DNA from: an uncultured Bacillota bacterium
Lineage (GTDB): Bacteria > Bacillota > Clostridia > Christensenellales > UBA1242
NCBI GenBank assembly: GCA_949283975.1
Contig: CASDUK010000001.1
Location: forward strand, 26,764 to 90,763
Direction of reading: 5' to 3'
Length of the DNA stretch: 64,000 nt
Made by a program: the position numbers and the translations under genes. The notes under the pieces are model-generated. The model saw only the letters and a program-made list of their open reading frames with translations. It had not been told where the DNA came from and did not search any database. Positions 26,867-36,259 of this stretch are shown piece by piece. Positions within the stretch are counted from its first letter, which is position 1. Each line of letters begins with the position of its first letter.

Positions 26867-27665
26867 AAAAATCTGTTGTTTGTTCAACATTGTTATGTCC
26901 AGGCTTCGTTTGGGCTTTTTTAAAGTCAAACATATCTGAAATTGAGTATAACCCGGGTGACTTAAAAGCAATATATCTCGCACATTCAAGCGCGCCAAGC
27001 GCGAAAACCTTTTTATCTATAACCCTGTGTTTTATGCTTAAAATTTCCCCTTGGCTTGCAAAGGAAACTTCGTGCTCGCCAACAACTCCGCCAAGGCGCC
27101 TTGATGAAATTGAAAGATCGCCGCTTTGCCTTCCGTTTTCAAAGCTTGTAACTTGTTTTAAAGAGGGCGCAACCGACAAAATTGCATTTGCAATTGCAAG
27201 AGCTGTTCCGCTTGGGGCGTCTTTTTTTTGGGAGTGGTGGGTTTCTGATATGTCAATTTCATAGTTGTAATCCAAAAAATATTGCGCACCTTCCTTTGCA
27301 GAGTTAATTAAATATGCTGCGCCAACAGAGGTGTTTGGGCAGAGCATAATTGGGATTTCGTTTGCAGCGTTATGAATTAAAATTAAATCTTCCGTTGTTT
27401 GCCCGGTTGTTCCAATTACAAGCGGAGTTTTTGTTCTAACAGCATACTCCAAAAGCTCCTTTGTCATCTCTCTGTTTGAAAAATCAATTAAAACATTTGT
27501 TTTATAATTTATATCTTTTAATGTGTAAGACAAAAAAATTCCTTTAACAAGTTTTTCTGCGCGCTTGTCTATGCCAAGATTAACGGTGAAATCTCTTGAA
27601 CTTTTGGCGCACTCAAAAACCAAACTTCCCATTTTTCCCAATATTCCGCAAATTCCTAAAAACAT
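26859..27665 (-). CDS. dapB: 4-hydroxy-tetrahydrodipicolinate reductase
   Basis: 268 aa with the ETHHSQKKDAPSGTA signature. SD gggag upstream. Confidence 0.85.
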   Translation of the reverse strand: MFLGICGILGKMGSLVFECAKSSRDFTVNLGIDKRAEKLVKGIFLSYTLKDINYKTNVLIDFSNREMTKELLEYAVRTKTPLVIGTTGQTTEDLILIHNAANEIPIMLCPNTSVGAAYLINSAKEGAQYFLDYNYEIDISETHHSQKKDAPSGTALAIANAILSVAPSLKQVTSFENGRQSGDLSISSRRLGGVVGEHEVSFASQGEILSIKHRVIDKKVFALGALECARYIAFKSPGLYSISDMFDFKKAQTKPGHNNVEQTTDFSK

Positions 27666-27729
27666 AATAATCTCCCTAATTTGTTTTTGCGATATATTTA
27701 TATGAAGTTTTTTGTTGTTAATGTTAAAT

Positions 27730-27756
27730 AAAAAAAGTTCAGCCAGGTGCTGAACT
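27730..27756 (-). terminator. intrinsic terminator of the 27756..28712 gene
   Basis: agttcagc-(5 nt)-gctgaact hairpin flanked by an A7 run on plus (T-run on minus). Confidence 0.7.
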
Positions 27757-28712
27757 TAAACCTCTTGGCCTGGGCCTTGAGGGAGCTTTATCTTTCCGTT
27801 GTTTACATCGCGAACTAAATATAACATAGTTTTGGGGCAAATCAGTTCGCAAGGCTTATTCTTTTTCTTAATTTGATTGTTTTGCGCGTTTTGTAAACTT
27901 CTATAAACTTGCTCTTTAAAGGGAGAGCTTTTTTCAGACTTTAAAAAAACTTGAATTCGATGGCCAAGCTCATCGTTTAACTTTTCGCCAAATTTTTTTG
28001 AAGCTTCGTTAAATCTTTTTCTCTCTTCTCTTGCTTCGTTGGAATCAGCCGACCTTCGCGCAATATTAAGCTGGATTGTTGTAGAGGCAATTTCTTTATC
28101 TAGTGCAATTAAATATTCTCCAGTTTCTTTTTTGCGCTTTTTGGCGGAGGATAGAAAGCGCATGGCCTTTTCTTTTGACATTCCTTTTATTGGATATTTT
28201 CCTTCAACCCAAATTCTTCTCTCTTCTTGGCAAATATGAATACTGTTTACTCTAATTCGGTAGTTTGGATAAATTATAATTTCTCCCGTTAAGTTTTCAA
28301 CCTCTCCGTCGTTAATCATTCTGTTAATTGCGTCCTCCCGGCGGTAAAGGTCATCAACATGTTTTTCAATTATTTCCGCAAGATTATATCTATTATCATA
28401 GCTTAACATGTTAATGTAATCTTGAAAACAGCTAACTTCAAGGCTTTTTCTAATGCCATAGCTTATTTTTTGTTGCTTTTGCTCCTTTAATTCAGAAAGT
28501 TTTCTCTCAAGCATTTTTACTTTCCCATGTTTTGTTGAATGGTAAGCATTTAAATATTTTTTAAATTCCACTGCTGCCGCTGCAAGAGTTTTTGCAATTT
28601 CTGCCTCAGATGCATTATGCATTTCAAGCGCAATTTTCCTGGCTTCGTCAACATATTGCTTCTGTTCGCCTCGGCTCATGTGATAGAAGCTGTATGGGCT
28701 ATCATCATCCAT
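27756..28712 (-). CDS. Lys/Glu-rich coiled-coil-like protein, unknown function
   Basis: 318 aa with no TM segment and no motif I recognise. SD ggaggg upstream. Confidence 0.55.
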   Translation of the reverse strand: MDDDSPYSFYHMSRGEQKQYVDEARKIALEMHNASEAEIAKTLAAAAVEFKKYLNAYHSTKHGKVKMLERKLSELKEQKQQKISYGIRKSLEVSCFQDYINMLSYDNRYNLAEIIEKHVDDLYRREDAINRMINDGEVENLTGEIIIYPNYRIRVNSIHICQEERRIWVEGKYPIKGMSKEKAMRFLSSAKKRKKETGEYLIALDKEIASTTIQLNIARRSADSNEAREERKRFNEASKKFGEKLNDELGHRIQVFLKSEKSSPFKEQVYRSLQNAQNNQIKKKNKPCELICPKTMLYLVRDVNNGKIKLPQGPGQEV

Positions 28713-28779
28713 TTTATCCCTCCTAAGCGTTATTTTAACTCAAAAAAAGCAATAAATCAATAGTTTTTTATAATTTGGC

Positions 28780-28808
28780 TTGCTAAAAAGCTGGATTTGT
28801 GTTAACAT
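28780..28808 (+). promoter_or_regulatory. sigma-A type promoter for the 28833 gene
   Basis: TTGCTA, 17-nt spacer, TGtTAACAT. Confidence 0.5.
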
Positions 28809-28832
28809 ATATAACGATTAAAGGAGGTTTTA

Positions 28833-30776
28833 ATGAAAAAAGTTAATAGAGGGTTTTTAACATATTTTTTCATTTTTCTGGGAATTTTGCTTGCAGCCTT
28901 TTTAATTTGCGTTGTAATTTTAATTTTTAGCCCAGGGACAAGCATTTTTGGCTTGAAATATTTTAAACAAGATGTTTCAAAGTCATATCAAGCAACCGAT
29001 GTTTACGAATATAATTCAGACATTTCTTGGTTAGTAGAAAACGGAAGTTTCAACCCAACGGTTGTTAATTACACTTTAAAAAATGGCAAACAAGGCTCCT
29101 ACTTGTTTGTTGATCTAACTTATCAAAGTGGCGGCAGCCAAGTTGAAAACACAGCAAGATTTGTTGAACGTGAAGAGGAAAAGAACGTCTATCTTAACTC
29201 GACAAAAATTGAACTTTATTCTGAAGGTGCATTGATAAACGCGCCGGATGAAAGCTATACAATCACTGACAACAGAATTTCCTTCAATTCACCTGGAGAT
29301 TATTTCATATATTATGGTGAAGTTCTCGATAGAAATTACACAAGATTATATAGAGTAAACGAGGACTTAAGTTATAGTTATTACGAGTATGACGGAACAT
29401 GGATAACTGGTGCAGATGGAAGAACAAACGACGAACAACAAACAATCACGAGAATTGAAGTCCCAGGAGTTTATGTTCTTGAAAATGGAATTTTCTCTCC
29501 AATTGCAACAGGCGATTACTTTTTAGACGGAATAACTTCCGAGGGGGAACAGGGAACATATAAGATTATTTTAACAGATCACAGCCAGCAAGTTTTTAAA
29601 GCTGCCGCAGAGCCAACGGGAATAACAAATTTTGCAATTGAGGGAATTGTTGACACGGCTTCTGTTGCAACTTTAGCTGATGGAAAACTAACCTTCCTTT
29701 CTGCGGGAACATACACACTTAAAGCTCAAACAGAGTCTTCAACAACAACATATAGGGTTGAAGTTGGAACAGATTTAGCTGTTAAATACTATGTAGTCTC
29801 AGAAATCCCAAGATATGTTTTAAGCGTTACAACTGGTGGCCTAACTTTAAAGGCGGGATATTATTCATATGTTAACGACACCCAATTAACAGATTTGGAT
29901 ATTGAAACAGTTAAAGTTGTTTCAAACAGCCATTCAGTTCAAGTTATTAGAGCAACGCCAACAGACGAGAACAGCGGTTATATGAGGGTTTTTGTTGACA
30001 ACAAAACAACAGGTTTCACAACCGGCGATGTTGTAACATCTTCGATGAGCATTAAATATTATAGAGACACAAAAACTCTTGAAATTATAGCAAACATTCC
30101 AGAAGGGTTTTGGGTTACGTCAAACACAAGCAAAATTGTTGTTAGACTTCCAAACACCTCATTGCCTAACATGTTGAAAGATTTCAGTTATGACATTGAT
30201 GCAGGAAAGGGGTCTGTTTCAATTGGAGATGAATATAGCAGTTCTAATTTAACGCCAAGCTCCCTTGGAATTTCGGGGCTTACCGTTAAAACAACCGGTT
30301 CGCTTGGAATAACAAGCTATGTAACATTTGGCTCTAGCGATAGTTTGGTTAATTTGGAAGTTGGTTCGGCTTCAATTTCAACAACAATTAAGGCAAATTC
30401 CGTTAACATTAAGGCTAACGGAGGGTTGACGATTAACCCAGAAGGCGTTGCAATTGAATCTAAATCAAGTGTAACAATTGAAGCAGTGGATAGCTATTCA
30501 AGTTATGGAGACATTAAAATTTCAGATTTAAGCGCAAAACTTTATTTGAAAAACACTTATGGAGAGCAGAAATTCTCTTCTGTTGAGGGAGATGTTGAAA
30601 TTTCAAAAGATAGCAAAAATTGCGACTATTCATTTGAAACTATAAATGGAAACATAACCGCCGGAGTTGCAGCAACGGAAACAGAAGAAGAAATTAAAAT
30701 TAATTGCAACATAAAAATTGGAACGCTTATTGGAATTAATGATATCCACACAACGGGAACCGTTGAAATTGGTTAA
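28833..30776 (+). CDS. N-terminally membrane-anchored, beta-rich surface protein; C-terminal part resembles DUF4097-type putative adhesin repeats
   Basis: 647 aa with one N-terminal TM segment. Thr/Ser/Val-rich. Repetitive C-terminal G-x-V/I-x-I strands (VEGDVEISKDS..., INGNITAGV). Confidence 0.55.
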   Translation: MKKVNRGFLTYFFIFLGILLAAFLICVVILIFSPGTSIFGLKYFKQDVSKSYQATDVYEYNSDISWLVENGSFNPTVVNYTLKNGKQGSYLFVDLTYQSGGSQVENTARFVEREEEKNVYLNSTKIELYSEGALINAPDESYTITDNRISFNSPGDYFIYYGEVLDRNYTRLYRVNEDLSYSYYEYDGTWITGADGRTNDEQQTITRIEVPGVYVLENGIFSPIATGDYFLDGITSEGEQGTYKIILTDHSQQVFKAAAEPTGITNFAIEGIVDTASVATLADGKLTFLSAGTYTLKAQTESSTTTYRVEVGTDLAVKYYVVSEIPRYVLSVTTGGLTLKAGYYSYVNDTQLTDLDIETVKVVSNSHSVQVIRATPTDENSGYMRVFVDNKTTGFTTGDVVTSSMSIKYYRDTKTLEIIANIPEGFWVTSNTSKIVVRLPNTSLPNMLKDFSYDIDAGKGSVSIGDEYSSSNLTPSSLGISGLTVKTTGSLGITSYVTFGSSDSLVNLEVGSASISTTIKANSVNIKANGGLTINPEGVAIESKSSVTIEAVDSYSSYGDIKISDLSAKLYLKNTYGEQKFSSVEGDVEISKDSKNCDYSFETINGNITAGVAATETEEEIKINCNIKIGTLIGINDIHTTGTVEIG

Positions 30777-30794
30777 AAAAGCTTGTAATAATAT

Positions 30795-30828
30795 AAAAAA
30801 AAAGAGCAATAAAAATGCTCTTTTTTTT
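30795..30828. terminator. bidirectional terminator
   Basis: A9-agagca-(7 nt)-tgctct-T8 arrangement between the 647-aa gene and the tRNA 3' end. Confidence 0.7.
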
Positions 30829-30903
30829 GGTGACCCCGCCGGGACTCGAACCCAGAACAAAGCCTTAGGAGGGCTCCGTAATATCCGATTTTACTACGAG
30901 GTC
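30828..30903 (-). tRNA. tRNA-Arg (anticodon CCU), CCA encoded
   Basis: Hand fold of the minus strand gives acceptor GACCTCG/CGGGGTC, D arm GTAA..TTAC, anticodon stem GAGCC/GGCTT with loop CTCCTAA, and T arm CTGGG-TTCGAGT-CCCGG. Discriminator is A, followed by CCA. Confidence 0.85.
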
Positions 30904-30917
30904 GCTAACTATTTGTT

Positions 30918-30946
30918 AATATATCACAAAAAAAATTTAATGTCAA
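30918..30946 (-). promoter_or_regulatory. sigma-A type promoter for tRNA-Arg
   Basis: Minus strand reads TTGACA, 17-nt spacer, TGaTATATT. It sits 14 nt upstream of the tRNA 5' end. Confidence 0.65.
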
Positions 30947-31107
30947 ACACATTAATTTTATGCTTAGCGGACTTTGATTCATTTTGCCTAAAAATTTTAT
31001 TGAATTTTAAGGAAAAAACTTGCAAAACAAATTTATTAGTGATATATATATTTTTTGGTAACTGTAAATTTTTTTAATGAATATACTTATACTTTGGGAG
31101 AATAATT

Positions 31108-32856
31108 GTGTTTAAATTGTTAAAATATCTTACTAAAAGAGAATGGCTTTACTGCGCAATTAGCGTTGCCTTAATTGCGGGAACTGTTTACTTGGAACTA
31201 AGGCTTCCTTCTTACATGTCGGATATAACAACTCTTCTAACAACGGGCGGGGCGGTTAAGGAAATTGTTATAAAAGGGTTAATAATGCTTGCATGTGCGC
31301 TTGGAAGTGCAGCGCTTTCTGTTGTTATTGGCTTTTTTGTTGCAAAGGTTGCAGCAGGGCTTTCGGCAAGACTTAGGGCAATTATCTTTTCAAAGGTTCA
31401 GTCTTTTTCAAACGCTGAAATAAGAAAATTTTCAACAGCAAGTTTAATTACAAGAACAACAAACGATGTTACCCAAATTCAAAATTTGGTTTCATTTGGA
31501 ATGCAGTCGATGATTCGCGCGCCAATTATGGCTGTTTGGGCAATTGTTATTATCCTTGGAAAAAGCTGGGAGTGGAGCGTTCTTACGGCAAGCGCAGTTG
31601 GGCTTTTAATGGTTGTTATTTTAACTCTTGTTCTATTTGTAATGCCAAAATTTAAAAAACTTCAAACCCAAACGGACTCAATTAACAGAATTATGCGGGA
31701 AAATTTAACCGGAGTTAGAGTTGTTAGAGCATATAACGCAGAACAGTTTGAGGAGAAGCGATTTGGAGTGGCGAATGAGGATTTAACCAAAACCCATCTT
31801 TTTGCAAGCCGATTTATGGTTGTTTTAAATCCCTTTATGAACCTTATGATGTCTGGCCTTAGCCTTGGAATTTATTGGCTTGGGGCAATTATTATTCAAA
31901 ATTCAGATGTTTCGGTTAAGCTAACAGCGTTTAGCGACATGGTTGTTTTTATGTCCTATGCAATGCAGGTTGTTATGGCTTTCATATTGCTTACAATGAT
32001 TTTTATCATGCTTCCAAGAGCAACAGTTTCGGCAAGGCGAATTAACGAAATTATTGGAACAAAATCTGCAATTTTGGACGGAGAAGGGGCAGAGCCAATT
32101 TCAACGGGCGAAGTTGAATTTAAAAATGTTTCATTTAAATATCCAGATGCAGATGAATATGTTTTAAAGGATATAAGTTTTAAGGCAGAGAGGGGGCAAA
32201 CAGTTGCCTTCATTGGCTCAACAGGAAGCGGCAAAAGCACGCTTATTAACCTTGTTCCAAGAATTTATGACGCAACAGAGGGAGAAGTTTTGGTTGACGG
32301 CGTTAATGTTAAAGATTATAAACTTAGCCAACTTAACGACATTGTTGGATATGTTCCTCAAAAAGCTTTTCTTTTCAGCGGAACAATCAAATCCAACCTT
32401 CAATATGGCGAAATTAAAGGAGAAAAGGCAAGCGAAGAAAGTTATGTTCGCGCGGCAAAAATTGCCCAAGCAAGTTCCTTTATTGAGAAAAAAGAGGATA
32501 AATATAACAGCGAAATAACCCAAGGCGGAACAAATGTTTCAGGAGGCCAAAAGCAAAGGCTTGCAATTGCAAGGGCAATTGCAAGAAACCCAGAAATTAT
32601 GATTTTTGACGACAGTTTTTCTGCGCTTGATTTTAAAACGGACAAGCGCCTTAGGCAGGCAATTAAAAGAGAACTTAAAACAACAACAAATTTAATTGTT
32701 GCACAAAGGATTGGAACAATTAAAGATGCAGACTTAATAATTGTTTTAGATAATGGAAAAATGGTTGGAAAGGGCAAACATGAAGAGCTTATGAAAAAAT
32801 GTAGCATCTACCGCGAAATTGCAACCTCTCAACTTTCAAAGGAGGAGCTGGCATGA
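31108..32856 (+). CDS. ABC exporter, fused permease/ATPase subunit (heterodimer partner 1)
   Basis: 582 aa with six TM segments plus an NBD (GSTGSGKST, LSGGQKQRLAIARA). GTG start with SD gggag upstream. Confidence 0.85.
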   Translation: MFKLLKYLTKREWLYCAISVALIAGTVYLELRLPSYMSDITTLLTTGGAVKEIVIKGLIMLACALGSAALSVVIGFFVAKVAAGLSARLRAIIFSKVQSFSNAEIRKFSTASLITRTTNDVTQIQNLVSFGMQSMIRAPIMAVWAIVIILGKSWEWSVLTASAVGLLMVVILTLVLFVMPKFKKLQTQTDSINRIMRENLTGVRVVRAYNAEQFEEKRFGVANEDLTKTHLFASRFMVVLNPFMNLMMSGLSLGIYWLGAIIIQNSDVSVKLTAFSDMVVFMSYAMQVVMAFILLTMIFIMLPRATVSARRINEIIGTKSAILDGEGAEPISTGEVEFKNVSFKYPDADEYVLKDISFKAERGQTVAFIGSTGSGKSTLINLVPRIYDATEGEVLVDGVNVKDYKLSQLNDIVGYVPQKAFLFSGTIKSNLQYGEIKGEKASEESYVRAAKIAQASSFIEKKEDKYNSEITQGGTNVSGGQKQRLAIARAIARNPEIMIFDDSFSALDFKTDKRLRQAIKRELKTTTNLIVAQRIGTIKDADLIIVLDNGKMVGKGKHEELMKKCSIYREIATSQLSKEELA

Positions 32857-34661
32857 GAATGGGAGGACGAGGCCAAAGTTTTGATAGGGCAAAGGATTTT
32901 AAAAAATCAATTAAAAAATTAATTATATATTGCAAAAAATATGTTTGGGCAATTGTTGTTGCGCTTGTTTTAGCGCTTGCCGGAACAGTTCTTTCTTTAA
33001 TTGGGCCAAACAAAGTTGGCGACCTTTCAAACATAATTAAAGATGGAATGTTTGCCGAAACGGGAATTGACATGGCGGCAATAACCAAAATTGGCCTAAC
33101 GCTTGTTACAATTTATTGCTTGAGCGCAATTTTCTCTTATATAACATCATTTATAATGGCAACAATAACCCAAAAGGTTTCAAAGAGGCTAAGGGGAGAT
33201 ATTTGCCACAAAATTAACAAACTTCCGCTTAAATACCTAGACGGTCACAGCCACGGAGACATTCTAAGCCGAGTAACAAACGATGTTGACACAATTTCTC
33301 AAAGTTTAAACAACAGCGTTGCAAGCTTGGTTACCTCTCTTGCAATGCTTTTTGGCTGCACAATTATGATGTTTTTAACCAACTGGATTATGGCACTTTC
33401 TGCAATTGTTTCGGCGCTTATTGGTTTTAGCGTTATGGGCGTTATTATGATGAAATCTCAAAAATATTTTAAAGCTCAGCAAGATAGCCTTGGAGATTTA
33501 AACGGCCAAGTTGAAGAAAATTACACGGGTCACAACATTGTTAAAGCGTTTAATGGAGAAAAACAGGAGGAGCAAGCTTTTTCAAAGTTGAATAAAAAGC
33601 TTTACACAAACAGCTGGAAAAGCCAATTCTTTTCCGGAATTATGCAACCGCTTATGAGTTTTGTTGGAAACCTTAGTTTTGTTGTTGTCTGTGTTGTTGG
33701 CGCTGTTTTATGCTCAAACGAAATTATTGAGTTTGGTGTTATTGTTTCGTTCATGATTTACATTAGGTTGTTCACATCGCCTCTTTCCCAGCTTGCCCAA
33801 ATTGCAACAACGCTTCAATCAACGGCGGCGGCAAGCGAAAGGGTTTTTGAGTTCTTGGAAGAAAGAGAACTTGAAGATGAAAGCAACAAAACGCTTGTTT
33901 TGGAAAATGTTGTTGGGAAGGTTGAATTTAAAAATGTTGTGTTTGGCTATGATGAGGGCAAGACAATTATCCACAATTTTTCTGCAAAAGTTAAGCCGGG
34001 AGACAAAGTTGCAATTGTTGGGCCAACTGGGGCGGGGAAGACAACAATGGTTAACCTTCTAATGAGGTTTTATGAGATTGACAGCGGCGAAATTTTAATT
34101 GACGATGTTCCAATTTCAAGCTTGACAAGAGAAAACATTCACAAGCTTTTTGGAATGGTTCTTCAAGACACATGGCTTTTTGAAGGAACAATTAGAGATA
34201 ACATAAGATATAGCAAACTTGATGCAACAGACGAGGAAATTGAAAATGCCTGCAAGGTTGTTGGAATTGACCACTTTATCCGAACTCTTCCAGAGGGATA
34301 TAACACTGTGTTTAGCGACAACACTTCAATTTCTGTTGGGCAAAAACAACTTTTAACAATTGCGCGCGCAATGGTTGAAAACGCCCCAATGTTAATTTTG
34401 GACGAGGCAACAAGCTCTGTTGACACAAGAACAGAACAACTAATTCAAACCGCAATGGATAAGCTTACAAAGGGAAGGACAACTTTTGTTATTGCCCACA
34501 GGCTTTCAACAATTAAAAACGCCAACTTAATTTTGGTTATGAAAGACGGAAATATAATTGAAAAGGGAACTCACAGAACGCTTATGAAACAGGGCGGATT
34601 TTATAAAGAACTTTATGAAAGCCAGTTCACAAGCAAACACGCAGAAGTTATTGAAACTTAA
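32853..34661 (+). CDS. ABC exporter, fused permease/ATPase subunit (heterodimer partner 2)
   Basis: 602 aa with GPTGAGKTT, ISVGQKQLLTIARA and LILDEATSSVD motifs. ATGA overlap with partner 1. Confidence 0.85.
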   Translation: MRMGGRGQSFDRAKDFKKSIKKLIIYCKKYVWAIVVALVLALAGTVLSLIGPNKVGDLSNIIKDGMFAETGIDMAAITKIGLTLVTIYCLSAIFSYITSFIMATITQKVSKRLRGDICHKINKLPLKYLDGHSHGDILSRVTNDVDTISQSLNNSVASLVTSLAMLFGCTIMMFLTNWIMALSAIVSALIGFSVMGVIMMKSQKYFKAQQDSLGDLNGQVEENYTGHNIVKAFNGEKQEEQAFSKLNKKLYTNSWKSQFFSGIMQPLMSFVGNLSFVVVCVVGAVLCSNEIIEFGVIVSFMIYIRLFTSPLSQLAQIATTLQSTAAASERVFEFLEERELEDESNKTLVLENVVGKVEFKNVVFGYDEGKTIIHNFSAKVKPGDKVAIVGPTGAGKTTMVNLLMRFYEIDSGEILIDDVPISSLTRENIHKLFGMVLQDTWLFEGTIRDNIRYSKLDATDEEIENACKVVGIDHFIRTLPEGYNTVFSDNTSISVGQKQLLTIARAMVENAPMLILDEATSSVDTRTEQLIQTAMDKLTKGRTTFVIAHRLSTIKNANLILVMKDGNIIEKGTHRTLMKQGGFYKELYESQFTSKHAEVIET

Positions 34662-34669
34662 AAAATCAC

Positions 34670-34700
34670 GGCCAAAACTTAAAATTTTGGCCTTTTTTTT
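34670..34700 (+). terminator. intrinsic terminator after the ABC pair
   Basis: ggccaaaa-(7 nt)-ttttggcc hairpin followed by a T8 run. Confidence 0.8.
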
Positions 34701-34766
34701 ATCAAATTTGTTGAAATTTTTTTGAAAATAACTTTAATTTTGTTAAAATCTCAGTTGGAGTTTAAA

Positions 34767-36224
34767 ATGAAAAAATATGATTTAATAATTGTTGGGGCTG
34801 GCCCAAGCGGAATTTTTTGTGCGTATGAGTTAATTGTTAAGAACAAACTAAAAAATGTTTTAATAATTGAGCAGGGGAAGAGAATTGAGGACAGGTTCTG
34901 TCCAATTGAAAAGGCTGGAAAATGTTTACATTGCAAGCCCTTTTGCAGCATAACAAGCGGATTTTCAGGAGCTGGCGCATTTTCAGACGGAAAATTAAAT
35001 TCCTATCATCTCTCTCTTCACAACCAGGAGGGAGACCTATATCTTGGCGGAAATGGCGGAGGATATATAAAACAATATATGTCTTCCGAGGATATAAAAG
35101 ATTTGCTTGCCTACACAGACCAAATCTATCTTTCCTTTGGCGCAGACCCTCATCTTCATGGAGTTGACAACCGAGATGAAATTGTTCGCCTTCAAAAAAA
35201 GGCCAAGGAAAACGACCTTGTTTTAGTTGATTTTCCAATTAGGCATTTGGGAACAGAAAAATCCCACGAACTTTATTCTAAAATTGAAAAATTTTTGGAA
35301 GAAAACGGGGTTGAAATGATTTTTAACACTTCCGTTTCGGATTTAATAATTGAAGGCGGAGCGGTAAAAGGCGTTGTTGCATTTGATGTTTTAAACAAAA
35401 AATCCTTTGAAATTTTTGCAGATAAAATTGTTTTGGGAATTGGAAGGAAGGGCGCTGGTTGGCTGAGCGACATTTGTCAAAAACACAAAATAGAAACAGC
35501 CGTTGGTTCGGTTGACATTGGGGTTAGATATGAACTTCCAGATGATGTTATGAAGGAAATTAATACATATCTTTATGAGGGAAAGTTTATTGGCCGGCCA
35601 AAACCCTTTTGCGACAGGGTTAGAACCTTTTGCCAAAATCCAAGCGGATTTGTTTCGGCGGAAGTTTATGACAACAACCTAACTCTTGTTAACGGCCATT
35701 CATACAAGGACAGAAAGAGCGAAAACACAAACCTTTCAATTCTTGTTTCCCACAATTTTAACACGCCCTTTAACAAGCCAATTGAATATGGAGAAAATAT
35801 TGCAGAGAATGTAAACCGTCTTGCTGCGGGAAGTGTTTTGGTTCAGCGCTTTGGCGACATTTTAAATGGGAAACGAACATGGGAGAGGGAACTTTTAACA
35901 AACAGCGTAAAGCCAACTTTAAAAAGCGCCGTTGCCGGAGACATAACTTATGCAATTGGCTTTAGAACCATGACAGACATAATTAATTTCATAAAACAAG
36001 TTGACGGCGTTGTTCCGGGCTTTGCTGGGGAGGACAACTTGCTTTATGCTCCAGAGATAAAATTTTATTCAAACACAGTTGTTGTTGACAAAAATTTTCA
36101 AACAAGTGTTAAAAATTTGTTTTGCATTGGAGACGGGGGCGGGCTAACAACAGGGCTTATGATGGCAAGCGCAAGCGGGGTTAAAATGGCACGCAATTTA
36201 ATTTTAATGGAAGACAAAAATTAA
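34767..36224 (+). CDS. FAD-dependent oxidoreductase (uncharacterised FAD-dependent dehydrogenase type)
   Basis: I start at MKKYDLIIVGAGPSGIFCAYEL (Rossmann GxGxxG). SD ggag upstream. Confidence 0.7.
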   Translation: MKKYDLIIVGAGPSGIFCAYELIVKNKLKNVLIIEQGKRIEDRFCPIEKAGKCLHCKPFCSITSGFSGAGAFSDGKLNSYHLSLHNQEGDLYLGGNGGGYIKQYMSSEDIKDLLAYTDQIYLSFGADPHLHGVDNRDEIVRLQKKAKENDLVLVDFPIRHLGTEKSHELYSKIEKFLEENGVEMIFNTSVSDLIIEGGAVKGVVAFDVLNKKSFEIFADKIVLGIGRKGAGWLSDICQKHKIETAVGSVDIGVRYELPDDVMKEINTYLYEGKFIGRPKPFCDRVRTFCQNPSGFVSAEVYDNNLTLVNGHSYKDRKSENTNLSILVSHNFNTPFNKPIEYGENIAENVNRLAAGSVLVQRFGDILNGKRTWERELLTNSVKPTLKSAVAGDITYAIGFRTMTDIINFIKQVDGVVPGFAGEDNLLYAPEIKFYSNTVVVDKNFQTSVKNLFCIGDGGGLTTGLMMASASGVKMARNLILMEDKN

Positions 36225-36225
36225 T

Positions 36226-36259
36226 TTGAAATTGTTCGTTTAAGGTGTATACTAAAACT
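36226..36259 (+). promoter_or_regulatory. promoter with its -10 placed 6 nt before the dnaX ATG; candidate leaderless promoter
   Basis: TTGAAA, 16-nt spacer, TATACT, aaaact, ATG(36260). Confidence 0.5.
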
